From: a virus
Taxonomy: Duplodnaviria > Heunggongvirae > Uroviricota > Caudoviricetes
Strand: one strand, 5' to 3'
Length of the DNA stretch: 64,000 nt
IMG/VR virus record: IMGVR_UViG_3300038530_001701
In this document: in pieces, positions 1 through 10,714 of the stretch
Layout: each line of letters begins with the position of its first letter
How positions within the stretch are numbered: the first letter of the stretch is position 1
Notes under the pieces: model-generated
The model's input: the letters and a program-made list of their open reading frames with translations, nothing else
The model's database searches: none
What the model was told of the DNA's origin: nothing
Position numbers and translations under genes: made by a program

Positions 1-31
1 TCGTGTTGAGCTTCAGCAAACAATTAAAGAC

Positions 32-1306
32 TTGATGCAGAAAAGAAGTCTGGAAACTGCCGAAGGGGAGCAATTGGATGTTCTTGGACGTATCTTAGGT
101 CAGGAAAGGCAACTTTTCGACAGTGTTATTATCAGATACTTCGGTTTTGATGGTGCCACTGGTGCTTCCCCTTATAAAAGCGTAAACGATACTGAAAGAA
201 CATACGGGCCTTGGAAGGGTACAAGAGATACCCTACTTGGTGTTCGTGAGCTTACTGACGCAGAATACAGAAGAATCTTGAGACTTAAGATTATCAAAAA
301 CACTTCTGACGCTAACATTACAGCGTTTAACGATGGTGTTAGAATTCTATTTGGTATTGATAACGTAGACTATCAGGAGATTACTCCTGCACAGTATTCA
401 GAAGGTGCTGCTACAATTACAATCAGCATCGGTCGTGACTATAACGACCCTGAGAAAGCGGCTTTCCCCGGTTTGGATGAGATTGCCCTAGCAAATAGAT
501 TCTTGAACACTCCTTTGGGTGTTGGTACAGCTTACCAAAATCCTATCACAATGTATGCAAACTTTGTAACACAGAACTATGAACAGTTTGTATTCGGTGA
601 GGACGGATTGAGCATCGTACCTTTCGATTATATGTTTGATTTCTCAAGACCTTACACAGCAGATTATTATGATTCTTCAGGTACATTGCAGACTGCTGCA
701 ATTGACGAACCTAGATTCACACACGATCAAACTACAAACGAGCCTCTAGGACTTCTTATCGAAGGCCCTAACGAGGTTTTGACGCACACTTGGGGTCTTG
801 AGCTTAATGATACTCAAGGCACTATGAGGGTCGTCTTAGAGCATTTCAACAGTGCAGCTACAGAAGTGGCTATGGTTACTGAAGGTAATGACTTTAAGAT
901 TGTTCTTTTTAGAGATAACACATACTGGAAAGTTAGAGTCGAATACGACACAACTGAAAGCTATGAAATGATTATCCCTCAGTATGCTGCTAATGATCGA
1001 ATTATCGCAAACATTTCGTACACACCTAAGAGTGTGTTCTTCAGAATTGAAGATGAAGATCGCTACACAACAATTGAAGTTCCTTTTGATGGTATGAACG
1101 CAAGAGGATTTGATTTAAGATTCGGTGGAGAGTTTACAACAAATGTTGGTGATACTTATGGACACTTCAACGGTCGTCTTGAAGAATTTATTTATCTGAG
1201 ACCTTATATCGGTGATAACCAAGATGCTGTAGTAGACGGTATGGCTATCAACACAGAAGACTATAACAAAATTCTAACAGAATTTGATGAAACAATCCTT
1301 ACCTAA
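32..1306 (+). CDS. virion structural protein (tail/baseplate-associated); TTG/ATG start at window edge, frame open upstream so may be 5'-truncated
   Basis: 424-aa ORF directly upstream of four tail-fibre genes in the same orientation; no upstream in-frame stop before window start. Confidence 0.5.
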   Translation: MMQKRSLETAEGEQLDVLGRILGQERQLFDSVIIRYFGFDGATGASPYKSVNDTERTYGPWKGTRDTLLGVRELTDAEYRRILRLKIIKNTSDANITAFNDGVRILFGIDNVDYQEITPAQYSEGAATITISIGRDYNDPEKAAFPGLDEIALANRFLNTPLGVGTAYQNPITMYANFVTQNYEQFVFGEDGLSIVPFDYMFDFSRPYTADYYDSSGTLQTAAIDEPRFTHDQTTNEPLGLLIEGPNEVLTHTWGLELNDTQGTMRVVLEHFNSAATEVAMVTEGNDFKIVLFRDNTYWKVRVEYDTTESYEMIIPQYAANDRIIANISYTPKSVFFRIEDEDRYTTIEVPFDGMNARGFDLRFGGEFTTNVGDTYGHFNGRLEEFIYLRPYIGDNQDAVVDGMAINTEDYNKILTEFDETILT

Positions 1307-1318
1307 GTTGAGGTTAAA

Positions 1319-3847
1319 ATGGCAGAATTTGAAGTAAGAATTAGTGATTTACCGGGTGGTAACCCCCTGTCTGGTATTGAATTAGTACCTATGGTACAGG
1401 ATGGGGTTACTGTCACTAGATCGGTAAGCGATATAGTACTTGATGGTGGACTTCAGGAACACATTGATGCTCCTGATCCACATCCTCAATATGCTTTCAG
1501 AGTTTTGAATAACCTGTACGCAACTAGAGACCCTCTACCTACCGATGACATTAATGATGGATATACTCCTACATCTCGTTGGGTAAATACAAACACTGGT
1601 GAGTTCTTTATCTGCGTAACTAATAACGCAGGTTCAGCAAGCTGGCAACAAATGACATTAACAGTGGACGAGTTAGGTTCCGCTGCGATGGCTGATGTTG
1701 GTACTGCTGCAACAGAACTACCAACAAACCAAACTACTGATAATAAATACCTACAAAAAACTGATAATCTTGCTTCTGTTTCTAATGCTCAAACCTCATT
1801 TGACAACATTAAACAGAGTGCTACAGACTCTTATGAAGGTGTTGTCGAGTCGGCTACAACCTCTGAGGCTAGGGCGGCAACCGCTGGTAAGTACCCAGAT
1901 GCTCAAAAAGTTCACGAGGCTTTTAATAAGTATGGGTTGGGTACTGATTCTCCAGATAACCTTAATAGTCTCGCTGAAGTTAATGCACAGATTACAACAG
2001 GTGTTTACGCAGTTAGCAATGTGCTTGTTGTTTCTGGTGAAGCTACTTATGGGCATTTGATCGTTTATTCTAATGCTCCCACAAGAACTACTCAGACATT
2101 TAGACCTTTAATCAGCACTGCATCCGAGTTTAAAGAATTCCACAGATATTCTCTAGATGGCGGTACAACTTGGTCTGACTGGGTAGAGATTTATCACACA
2201 GGCAATACTGGCGCTGGTAGTGGTTTGGATTCCGACCTTCTAGATGGTCAAGAAGGGGCATTCTACCAGAACGCTTCCAACTTGAATGCAGGTACTATCA
2301 GTGATGCTAGACTTCCTGCAACAATCTCTAGCGACATTACAGGTAACGCTGCTACAGCTACAAATGCAGATCAATTAGATGGTCAACATGGCGCTTACTA
2401 CTTAGATTGGGCAAATACTACTAACAAACCAGACCCACTTATTACCTTAAATGGTGATGTGTCTGGTAGCGGTACAATGACTAACCTAGGTAATGTGACT
2501 ATTGCTGTTCAGGTTCTTGATGATAGTCACAACCACACTATCAGCAATATCGACAACCTTCAGGGTGAGTTAGATAGCAAGTTTGATAAAGTCGGTGGAA
2601 CAATTAATGGTGATGTTACAATTTCTGGTGGTACAGGCCCAGTAGTTCTAACCGTTGCTGCGGATTCAGATAACGCAACAGAAACTGATACTGCTAAGAT
2701 TGTTTTATCTCAAGATGGTGGTATTGTAAATGGTGAGTGGGGATTTGATGATACCAACGCCATGTATTTCCAACACAATTACACTGGAAACATAGATTTT
2801 AGAACATCTAGTGGTGAGGTTAGGGCAAATAATAGTAGAGTTTTAACTGTCTCTGATGAAGGTTCAGGTAATGGTATTGATTCAGATACTGTAGATGGAC
2901 TACATGCATCTCAGTTCTTAAGATCAGATACCTCTGACACAATGAATGGTATCTTAACTGTCAATAACACTATCAAGGCTTCAGTAGGCCCTAGCAACTG
3001 GGGTCTACAAGGTGAGTCTAACGGGGTTAACTTTAGTGGTTTGTGGTTCTCTGGTGATACTGCACAGATACTGTTGAGGGATTCATCAGGTGCTATTAGA
3101 ACTACTATAAGTGCTGGAGGAACCTCTACAATTGCTGGTACAGTCAACGCTGGTGCATTTGGTGGTAATGGTGCTAACCTTACTAATTTAAACGCCTCTG
3201 AATTATCTTCTGGAACTGTACCTGACGCTAGACTACCTGCTACAATTACTAGTAGTATCACTGGTAATGCTGCTACTGCTACTAAATTAGCTACTTCTAG
3301 AACTATTACTTTAGGTGGTGATGTTACAGGTTCTGCAAGCTTTGATGGTTCCTCTAATATTACTATCACGGCCTCCGTTGGTGATGATAGTCACAACCAT
3401 GTTATCGGCAACGTTGATGGTCTTCAGACTGCACTTGATGGTAAACTAAATGTTGGTGCGAAAGCTGCTGATTCCGAATTACTGGATGGAATTAATTCCA
3501 CTCAGTTCTTAAGATCTGACGCCAACGATACGGCCACAGGGTTCTACACCTTTACAAACGCTATAAGACTAACTGACACTAGTATTCCATTGGAGTTTTT
3601 CGATGGTGCTCAGATTGGTTTTATAGAGCATGAAGGCACGTATGGTTTGCGCATTAGAACTAGAGAAGGAACATCTGGTGTCGGAATTCAAGAAACATTT
3701 ACAATATCTAATCAAGCAGGTGGTGGTGTTACCACTACCGGTGGGCTGACTACACCGAAAGTTAGCTATGAAAATGCGTCCAACACCGAAGGTTGTAGGG
3801 TAGAATATAACGAAACTTCAAAATCTTTGGAGTACAATTTTTTCTAA
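1319..3847 (+). CDS. tail fibre protein with internal repeats
   Basis: 842 aa; duplicated ~35-aa module (GTISDARLPATISSDITGNAATAT / GTVPDARLPATITSSITGNAATAT) plus repeated DDSHNH(T/V)I(S/G)N(I/V)D motifs typical of phage fibre repeats; Ser/Thr/Gly/Asn-rich. Confidence 0.75.
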   Translation: MAEFEVRISDLPGGNPLSGIELVPMVQDGVTVTRSVSDIVLDGGLQEHIDAPDPHPQYAFRVLNNLYATRDPLPTDDINDGYTPTSRWVNTNTGEFFICVTNNAGSASWQQMTLTVDELGSAAMADVGTAATELPTNQTTDNKYLQKTDNLASVSNAQTSFDNIKQSATDSYEGVVESATTSEARAATAGKYPDAQKVHEAFNKYGLGTDSPDNLNSLAEVNAQITTGVYAVSNVLVVSGEATYGHLIVYSNAPTRTTQTFRPLISTASEFKEFHRYSLDGGTTWSDWVEIYHTGNTGAGSGLDSDLLDGQEGAFYQNASNLNAGTISDARLPATISSDITGNAATATNADQLDGQHGAYYLDWANTTNKPDPLITLNGDVSGSGTMTNLGNVTIAVQVLDDSHNHTISNIDNLQGELDSKFDKVGGTINGDVTISGGTGPVVLTVAADSDNATETDTAKIVLSQDGGIVNGEWGFDDTNAMYFQHNYTGNIDFRTSSGEVRANNSRVLTVSDEGSGNGIDSDTVDGLHASQFLRSDTSDTMNGILTVNNTIKASVGPSNWGLQGESNGVNFSGLWFSGDTAQILLRDSSGAIRTTISAGGTSTIAGTVNAGAFGGNGANLTNLNASELSSGTVPDARLPATITSSITGNAATATKLATSRTITLGGDVTGSASFDGSSNITITASVGDDSHNHVIGNVDGLQTALDGKLNVGAKAADSELLDGINSTQFLRSDANDTATGFYTFTNAIRLTDTSIPLEFFDGAQIGFIEHEGTYGLRIRTREGTSGVGIQETFTISNQAGGGVTTTGGLTTPKVSYENASNTEGCRVEYNETSKSLEYNFF

Positions 3848-3856
3848 GGAGTTAAA

Positions 3857-6436
3857 ATGAGCTTAATATCTTACTACAAGTTAGATGGAAATGCTTTAGA
3901 TGAATTAAATAGGCTTGATGGGTCTCCTAGTGGCGTTGTCTGGAGCAATGGACTCTCTGGACAATGCGCAGAGTTTGATGGTGTTAACGACCTTATTAGC
4001 TTTGGTAGTGGGCCTGATTTCTTTCCTCATAAGAATTTTTCACTTTCTATCTGGTTTAAATCTTTTGGGACAACACCGACTACAGGGACAACACCAGCTA
4101 TCTTTGGATTTACCTATGGTGTTCTATTAAGAGTTCTATCTAACAGACTCCAGTTTGGTATTGACACAGGCTCAGATTTTCAATACATATTCTCACCATC
4201 TACATATGATTTTTACAACGATGATACTTGGCACAATGTAATCATTTGTGCATCTGCCAATGAAATGAGAATGTATCTTGATGGTGAACTTGTAGGTTCT
4301 GCTGCTACAACGTGGGCTGGTAATACAAGATGGACGAACAGTGTTGTAATCGGAAGGGATTTAAACAATAGTAATTACTTCTTCCGTGGTCTAATGGATG
4401 ACTTTAGAATCTACGATCACGTTGTTTCTGAGAAAGAAGCAAAAGATATCTATAGATTAAAAGTTCTCCATAAACTTCAAGAAGAACTTGATAATACCGC
4501 TGATTCTGGTAATACAATTACAGTGCCAGACTCTCCAACTATCTTAGGTGATACATCAATAGAGTTCTGGTTTTACCCAACTAACAATTCCAGAAGACAG
4601 ACTATCTGGAATAAAGGGTATGGGGGTGAAGGGACAATTAACTTTGAACCTACTACCAACTATTTGAGATTTTACTCAGGCCCAAATGGCGATAATAGCT
4701 CTGGATATGTAGCAATAGAAAGCTCTACAGGAATTGCTTTGAATCAATGGCATCATGCAGTCATTGTAAGGGATATGAAAAACCAAACATGGCAATGGTA
4801 TCTTGATGGAGTTCCTGATATTCAAGAATCATTCTCGTTTACTTCTGTTGGTGAAACTACTTTTGACCTGACTATTGGTACTGGATATACATCTGATTTT
4901 GTAGGTAAATTGCGTGGAGTTAGACAATACGCACGAGTACTTACTGACAGTGAAGTTGAAGCTTTGTATACAACAGGGCTTTCTATTGATAATTTTGGCT
5001 CAATACATAGTAACTACTTTGTTGAGTCTGGTGTAGTAACTCCTAACATTCTTGATTATAAAACTTGGGTGGTTGGTACTTCCGGTTCACAAGTTGGATT
5101 TTCTGCAAACGGGTCTGCATCTGAAAGTTATATTGTAGAAGATGTTGACCCATTCAGTAAATCTATTCCTGTTTGGGAAGCTAGACCAGACTCTGTTTCT
5201 GGTGCTGACGGTGGTTGGAATGGTGACCTTTTCTCTGTGGACACTACCAAATTTTACAGATTCTCTGTATGGATTAGAAGAACAGTAGTTGGGAATGGTT
5301 CTGCATATTTAGGTCTGAGTGACACTGGTGGTACTGTATTACAAAGGGCTGATGGTAGTGCAAACTCTAACCCATATTTCTGGTCTGGTGGTTGGTCTTA
5401 TGGCGCTGGAGAGTGGATTCTGTTTGTAGGCCACGTATGGCCTGAAGGTTCTGGTTTTGGTGCGTTTCACCCAGACTCAGGTATTTACAGTGTATCTGGT
5501 GGAAGACTTGGAGATATTCAAAGAGATTTTGTATGGGTTCCTGAAGTTACAAATGCACTCCACAGAACTTATCTATATTACTCTACAGATACATCCACAA
5601 GACAACAGTGGTGTTACCCTAGGGTAGATGTTTTGGATGGAACAGAGCCTTCTATAGAAGCTTTGTTGGCTGGATTTGATTCTATTAACGGTGATCGTAT
5701 TGACGAGTTAGGTGCGTCTGATGTTCCTGACAATTTCGGTGTTAAATATGAGAAGACTAATGTTGGTGAATTAAATGAAGTTGGTACTTATCGAGGTCTT
5801 GGTTGGTACATTCCATTTAAATACTCTGCAAAGTCTTTCTCAGAAACTCCAAACGTAGTCACAGATGTTGAAGGAGCAACTATATTCAATGGTGAGTCGG
5901 TTCATTTCTCGAACACAACAAACGAGACTGTTGAAGTTTCTGATCTAACAAATATCTTAGGATCATCAACAACATCAGCTACATTCTCTGTATGGATTAA
6001 TAGAACTGCTTCTAACAATACTTACAACATGTTCATGGGACAGGGGACATTGTATTTCTCTTTCAGGTCATCTAACCAAATACTTTGGTCTATGCCTACA
6101 ACTGCTGGTCAACAGACATTAACTACATCACAAACATATTCAAGCAATGAATGGTTACATTGTGTATTTGTTATTGATGGTACAACAGCAAAGGTTTATG
6201 TAAATGGTGAACAGAAGGCATCAAGAACAGTAGATTCTCCTGTATCTATAGCTAATACATTTTCTTTTGGTGATGGTAGAGATAGTGCATGGTATCCGTT
6301 CCAAGGATATGTTAAAGATTTTAAAGTGTTTAATGTTTCATTATCTGGCGAAGAAGTGTATAATGAATACTCATCTAACTTAAAGGCTTCTATCAATAAG
6401 AATACAGCCTTTGCTAAAGAATTTATCGAGGTATAA
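3857..6436 (+). CDS. tail fibre / receptor-binding protein with concanavalin-A-like (LamG-type) lectin domains
   Basis: 859 aa; N-terminal segment resembles LamG/pentraxin-like jelly-roll domains; lies in the fibre gene block. Confidence 0.6.
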   Translation: MSLISYYKLDGNALDELNRLDGSPSGVVWSNGLSGQCAEFDGVNDLISFGSGPDFFPHKNFSLSIWFKSFGTTPTTGTTPAIFGFTYGVLLRVLSNRLQFGIDTGSDFQYIFSPSTYDFYNDDTWHNVIICASANEMRMYLDGELVGSAATTWAGNTRWTNSVVIGRDLNNSNYFFRGLMDDFRIYDHVVSEKEAKDIYRLKVLHKLQEELDNTADSGNTITVPDSPTILGDTSIEFWFYPTNNSRRQTIWNKGYGGEGTINFEPTTNYLRFYSGPNGDNSSGYVAIESSTGIALNQWHHAVIVRDMKNQTWQWYLDGVPDIQESFSFTSVGETTFDLTIGTGYTSDFVGKLRGVRQYARVLTDSEVEALYTTGLSIDNFGSIHSNYFVESGVVTPNILDYKTWVVGTSGSQVGFSANGSASESYIVEDVDPFSKSIPVWEARPDSVSGADGGWNGDLFSVDTTKFYRFSVWIRRTVVGNGSAYLGLSDTGGTVLQRADGSANSNPYFWSGGWSYGAGEWILFVGHVWPEGSGFGAFHPDSGIYSVSGGRLGDIQRDFVWVPEVTNALHRTYLYYSTDTSTRQQWCYPRVDVLDGTEPSIEALLAGFDSINGDRIDELGASDVPDNFGVKYEKTNVGELNEVGTYRGLGWYIPFKYSAKSFSETPNVVTDVEGATIFNGESVHFSNTTNETVEVSDLTNILGSSTTSATFSVWINRTASNNTYNMFMGQGTLYFSFRSSNQILWSMPTTAGQQTLTTSQTYSSNEWLHCVFVIDGTTAKVYVNGEQKASRTVDSPVSIANTFSFGDGRDSAWYPFQGYVKDFKVFNVSLSGEEVYNEYSSNLKASINKNTAFAKEFIEV

Positions 6437-6441
6437 TAAGA

Positions 6442-7632
6442 ATGGCTAGATTAAGCGATTCAATTACGTATGGAAATCATGCAATAACTGGTGATGTTAC
6501 AGTAGGTCAAAATCTTAGAATCAACGGTACGTACATATTAGGAGACTCAAAAAGGATTTTGAGTTTTTATGATCCTTGGTTGAGATTAAACCCAAATAAT
6601 GATTTTGGGAATGGTATCTTCGCAGGTACGGGGATTTTTAGAACAGATGGTGAGCTTCAAGTAGGCCCTAATGGGTCTCAATTTAAAGTACCTAGTTCTG
6701 GTAACATTGTGGCTGGTGCAACTGTTGATGTTACTGGAAACATTACCATGACAGGTAGTTTGGTAAGTTCTGGTGATTCTAACACTTACGTACAGTTTCA
6801 CGCAGCAGATCAATTTAGAGTGGTTACTGGTGGGACTGAGAGGTTTGAAGTTACAAACTCAGGTGCGACACACTATGGCCCACTCTCTATAAACCATACT
6901 AATGTTCAATTGAATTTGGTCGATACCACATATTCAAACAACTATTGGCAATTAGATCACCAAAACGGTACACTGAATTTCAATTACAACGGTACAGCCC
7001 CTGACTTCATTATAGCTGAATCAGGTAACGCTACTTTCAGACACAACTTGACTGTAGATGGTACAATCTCTGGAGATGGTTCAGGTCTAACTAATCTACC
7101 TGCTGGTGTTGGCGTACCTTCTGGTGTTATTACCATGTGGTCTGGCAGTATTGCAAGCATTCCTTCTGGTTGGGTTTTATGTGATGGTGCGAACGGAACG
7201 CCTAACTTACAAGATAGATTTGTTGTAGGTGCTGGTAACTCTTATGCAGTCGGTGCCACAGGTGGTAGCAAAGATGCGGTTGTTGTATCTCACAGTCACA
7301 ATGGTATTGCAGACTTTTCTGGTGGGCACAGCCACACAATTAACTCTAACGGTAGCCACAGGCACATCGAAGGTGCTGCCCAAGGTAGTGCTTACAGCAG
7401 TGGATACTACCCTTATGGTCGAATCACAAGTCCAACACGCTCTGGTTTTACTTGGGGTAACTATGATAGTACTTCTTACGAGATTTACACAGATTACTCT
7501 GGTACTCACTCACACACAATGGCTTCCGCTCCTAACCACCAACACTTGTTGGATATTGACCCTAGTGGTGAATCAGGTGTGGATAAAAACCTACCACCAT
7601 ACTATGCACTGGCATTTATCATGAAGACGTAA
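6442..7632 (+). CDS. tail fibre protein with His-rich (HxH) C-terminal tip
   Basis: 396 aa; C-terminus SHSHNG..GGHSHTIN..GSHRHIEG..GTHSHTM..NHQH resembles metal-binding HxH repeats of T4 gp12/gp37-type tips; tail-collar-like segment LQDRFVVGAGN. Confidence 0.65.
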   Translation: MARLSDSITYGNHAITGDVTVGQNLRINGTYILGDSKRILSFYDPWLRLNPNNDFGNGIFAGTGIFRTDGELQVGPNGSQFKVPSSGNIVAGATVDVTGNITMTGSLVSSGDSNTYVQFHAADQFRVVTGGTERFEVTNSGATHYGPLSINHTNVQLNLVDTTYSNNYWQLDHQNGTLNFNYNGTAPDFIIAESGNATFRHNLTVDGTISGDGSGLTNLPAGVGVPSGVITMWSGSIASIPSGWVLCDGANGTPNLQDRFVVGAGNSYAVGATGGSKDAVVVSHSHNGIADFSGGHSHTINSNGSHRHIEGAAQGSAYSSGYYPYGRITSPTRSGFTWGNYDSTSYEIYTDYSGTHSHTMASAPNHQHLLDIDPSGESGVDKNLPPYYALAFIMKT

Positions 7633-7704
7633 GATTTTTCTTGCGTTTTTCATGATTGTCTGTTAAAATAGTATATACAACACTTAATATTTAGTGAGGA
7701 ACAC

Positions 7705-9003
7705 ATGGCATTTAACAAACCCAATGTAAACAATATTTGGGCAGCTACCGGGGAAGTTATTTCTCCGGCTACTGCTAAGATTGCACAGGGATGGATCGCT
7801 GAAATACCTGACTATGAGTTTGAAAACTGGATTCAGCAAAGACAAGACCAGTTTAACGCTCATATCAACCAATACGGTATCCCTGTTTGGGATTCTGTGA
7901 CAGAGTATATCGCAGGTAAGTCTTATGTGCAAGGTAGTGATGGTGAGATTTACAAAGCTATCACAACAAACACAAACAAAAACCCAACAGTAAGTTCAGC
8001 AGATTGGCAGAGAGCTTTCGATACATTCGATTCAAGCTATAGTAAAACTGAAGCTGATGGTCGTTTTGCTAAACAAGCTAGTAATCTATCTGATCTAACG
8101 AACATTGCAACTGCTCGTAATAACCTCTCAGTTTATTCAAAAACTGAATCAGATAGTCGTTATTTGAATGAGTCTAGTAACCTATCTGACCTTGCAAACA
8201 TTGCAACTGCTAGAACAAACCTATCTGTCTATTCAAAGGCAGAGGCTGATGCAGCTTATGTTAGAAAAGCTAACAACTTATCCGATCTTACAAGTGCCGC
8301 TACAGCAAGAACAAACTTGAATGTTTACGCTAAGACAGATTTGTACACTAGAACTGAGTCTGATGCAAGATATGTGAACTCTGCTGGTGACACAATGACT
8401 GGTAAGTTGACACTAGATGGCGACCCTACCAGTGCACTCCACGCTGTTACAAAACAGTACGTAGACGTTTCCCTAGCACCTATTGGCTCTGTTGTTGCTA
8501 TGGCAACTTCAACACTACCTTCGGGCTACTTGAAGTGTAACGGTGCTGCTATTAGTAGATCAACATACAGTGATCTATTCGCAACTATCGGCACTACTTT
8601 TGGTGCTGGTAATGGTTCAACTACATTTAACCTACCAGACCTTCGCGGTGAGTTTATTCGTGGTTGGGACGACAGTCGTGGTATAGACTCTGGACGTAAC
8701 TTTGGTTCTCAACAATTTGATGAACTTAAGTCACACAACCACACAGGTCTTGCTCTGAGTGCTGGTTCTCACAACCACCTAGGCGGTATTCCATACCCAA
8801 CAAGCTATGACCCTGCAAGGTATCCGTATGGTCAGGGTGGTACTACTAGACTAGGTTTCTCTGCTGGTAACTTTACAAACTCAGCTAAAAGTACATTTAC
8901 AAGCACTGAAGGTGCACACACTCACACCCTAAGCATTAACTCTACTGGTGGTACAGAAACAAGACCACGTAACGTAGCTTTGATGTATGTGATTAAATTC
9001 TAA
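7705..9003 (+). CDS. tail fibre protein with phage tail-collar domain
   Basis: 432 aa; FNLPDLRGEFIRGWDD matches tail-collar domain signature; repeated N(L/N)SDL(T/A)NIATARxNLxVYSK modules; HNH/HTH His motifs near C-terminus. Confidence 0.7.
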   Translation: MAFNKPNVNNIWAATGEVISPATAKIAQGWIAEIPDYEFENWIQQRQDQFNAHINQYGIPVWDSVTEYIAGKSYVQGSDGEIYKAITTNTNKNPTVSSADWQRAFDTFDSSYSKTEADGRFAKQASNLSDLTNIATARNNLSVYSKTESDSRYLNESSNLSDLANIATARTNLSVYSKAEADAAYVRKANNLSDLTSAATARTNLNVYAKTDLYTRTESDARYVNSAGDTMTGKLTLDGDPTSALHAVTKQYVDVSLAPIGSVVAMATSTLPSGYLKCNGAAISRSTYSDLFATIGTTFGAGNGSTTFNLPDLRGEFIRGWDDSRGIDSGRNFGSQQFDELKSHNHTGLALSAGSHNHLGGIPYPTSYDPARYPYGQGGTTRLGFSAGNFTNSAKSTFTSTEGAHTHTLSINSTGGTETRPRNVALMYVIKF

Positions 9004-9012
9004 GGAGGTTGC

Positions 9013-9414
9013 ATGGAAACTAAAGTAGTTTATCAACACGATGAGGATGGTTGGTTTCTAAATGAGGTTGAACTCAATGAAACCGATAAGTCTCCACTTG
9101 AAGAAGATGTTTGGTTGCTTCCTAGAAATTGTGTAGAGAAGGCTCCACGTAAATCTGCAAGAGGTAAGTGGCCTAAGTGGAACGGCTATAAGTGGGTTTC
9201 TACTGATCTTAAGAAAGAAGAAGCCGAACCTAAAGAAGAAGATCAAGAGGAAATTGATCCGATTATTCAACGTAAGGAAGCTTATAAAGAAGCTGATGCT
9301 CTGAAGAATGAAATTGAATTCGATGCTATGGTTTCAGGAGAGAAACCTAACTACGAGAGTTGGGTTAAACTTGTAAAGGAAATCAAAGAAAGGTATCCTA
9401 AAAATGAAATTTAA
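9013..9414 (+). CDS. hypothetical acidic protein
   Basis: 133-aa ORF with RBS (ggagg) 7 nt upstream; Glu/Lys-rich. Confidence 0.45.
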   Translation: METKVVYQHDEDGWFLNEVELNETDKSPLEEDVWLLPRNCVEKAPRKSARGKWPKWNGYKWVSTDLKKEEAEPKEEDQEEIDPIIQRKEAYKEADALKNEIEFDAMVSGEKPNYESWVKLVKEIKERYPKNEI

Positions 9415-9874
9415 TAAAACCTTTTTTGGTGTAGTTATATTTATCATTTTGCTTCTTTTTGCTGCTGACAATGCTTATAGTGCCAATGGCCCTAAAATAA
9501 GCTTAGGCAAAACTCTAATCAACTCCAATCTTGCTTATGGTGAGATTGGATATGAATATGAGAATTTTGAATTAACAGCCGCACAAATGGGTGAAGGTTC
9601 TACTAAGAACGGTGATCAAGGGGTGGTACAAATCTACTCCTTGTCTCATCTTGTTAGACCAGACTGGAATACATTTTTCGGTAAGAATTATTACAGAATT
9701 GGTGTAGCTTATATTGAGGATTCACCGCTGGTTGGCAATACAAACTTCAGGTTAGGTGTTGGTATTGATTATGGAGCTTTCTCTGTAGAGTATTTTCATT
9801 ACTCATCGTCAGGTATCCATAACCCTAACACTGGAATCGATGGAATCCAACTGAAATTAAATATCCCGAAGTGA
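9404..9874 (+). CDS. secreted / outer-membrane beta-rich protein
   Basis: 156 aa with N-terminal signal peptide (MKFNKTFFGVVIFIILLLFAADNAYS); alternating hydrophobic pattern. Confidence 0.45.
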   Translation: MKFNKTFFGVVIFIILLLFAADNAYSANGPKISLGKTLINSNLAYGEIGYEYENFELTAAQMGEGSTKNGDQGVVQIYSLSHLVRPDWNTFFGKNYYRIGVAYIEDSPLVGNTNFRLGVGIDYGAFSVEYFHYSSSGIHNPNTGIDGIQLKLNIPK

Positions 9875-9881
9875 GGTTAAT

Positions 9882-10115
9882 ATGATTGAAGGTGTAATCT
9901 TAAGACTTATTATTGCACTGGCTGCTTTGGTAATTGGTCTGATTGGTACATGGTTTGTTCTAAGAACATTCGATGCATCTAGTAAGATTGATTTCAAAAA
10001 AGCTTTTGATAGAATTGAAGGTGACGCTAAGGCAATGGCAGTCTACTATGGTCTGCGATTCATTGGTGTTGCATTTATGGTTGGCTTTGTTATTGGTAAA
10101 GCCGTGGGCTTCTAA
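9882..10115 (+). CDS. holin (class II-like, two transmembrane helices)
   Basis: 77 aa, two hydrophobic helices, charged C-terminus; immediately upstream of endolysin. Confidence 0.55.
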   Translation: MIEGVILRLIIALAALVIGLIGTWFVLRTFDASSKIDFKKAFDRIEGDAKAMAVYYGLRFIGVAFMVGFVIGKAVGF

Positions 10116-10126
10116 GGAGGCTCATC

Positions 10127-10714
10127 ATGAAAAGACCACTTAGAGAGGCACTACTATTCTTGGTAGTGCTTCTTTTCCTTGTATTTGCACAGGATGCAAA
10201 CGCAATATCTGATAGGTATGACAACTCATTTAGGAAGTGGTCTGCCTATTACCTTCCAGAAGTTCCTTGGTACTGGCTAAAAGCACAGTGCTGGCAGGAA
10301 TCCCGCCTAAAACCTGAAGCCGTTTCTCCTGTTGGAGCTAAAGGTGTTTGTCAATTCATGCCTCCAACTTGGAAGGATATGCAAACAAAACTTGGTTTTC
10401 AAGGTGACCCTTTTATCCCAGATTTAAACATTCAAGCTGCTGCTTCTTATATGAGTCAGTTGCGTGATGTATGGGATAGAAGACAACGAACAAACATTCA
10501 AGTGCATTCTCTTGCTCTTGCTTCCTATAATGCTGGTACAGGTAATATCCTTAAAGCACAGAAGGTAAGTGGTAACAAAAGACTTTGGTGTGAAATACAA
10601 CCACATCTTGTTGAGGTTACTGGTAAGCACAGTAAAGAGACTACACATTACGTAGAGGTTATATGGGACTATGTTAAAGAGCTTATTCAACGTGGCAACT
10701 TCCCCACTTACTAA
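10127..10714 (+). CDS. endolysin, lytic transglycosylase (SLT domain) with N-terminal signal/SAR sequence
   Basis: 195 aa; signal peptide MKRPLREALLFLVVLLFLVFAQDANA; SLT motif WQESRLKPEAVSPVGAKGVCQFMP (E-S...GxxQ). Confidence 0.75.
   Translation: MKRPLREALLFLVVLLFLVFAQDANAISDRYDNSFRKWSAYYLPEVPWYWLKAQCWQESRLKPEAVSPVGAKGVCQFMPPTWKDMQTKLGFQGDPFIPDLNIQAAASYMSQLRDVWDRRQRTNIQVHSLALASYNAGTGNILKAQKVSGNKRLWCEIQPHLVEVTGKHSKETTHYVEVIWDYVKELIQRGNFPTY

Noticed and set aside
1695-2060. ORFs of 60-150 aa on the opposite strand or in alternative frames inside large genes (e.g. 1695..2060, 1796..2056, 2911..3369, 35851..36681, 38359..38838, 40098..40553, 19832..20680, 22554..22886)
   Set aside because: Fully embedded in well-supported genes (tail fibre, vWA protein, rIIA, rIIB, FEN/SSB, DNAP), have no RBS, and have low-complexity composition. 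Treated as frame shadows.
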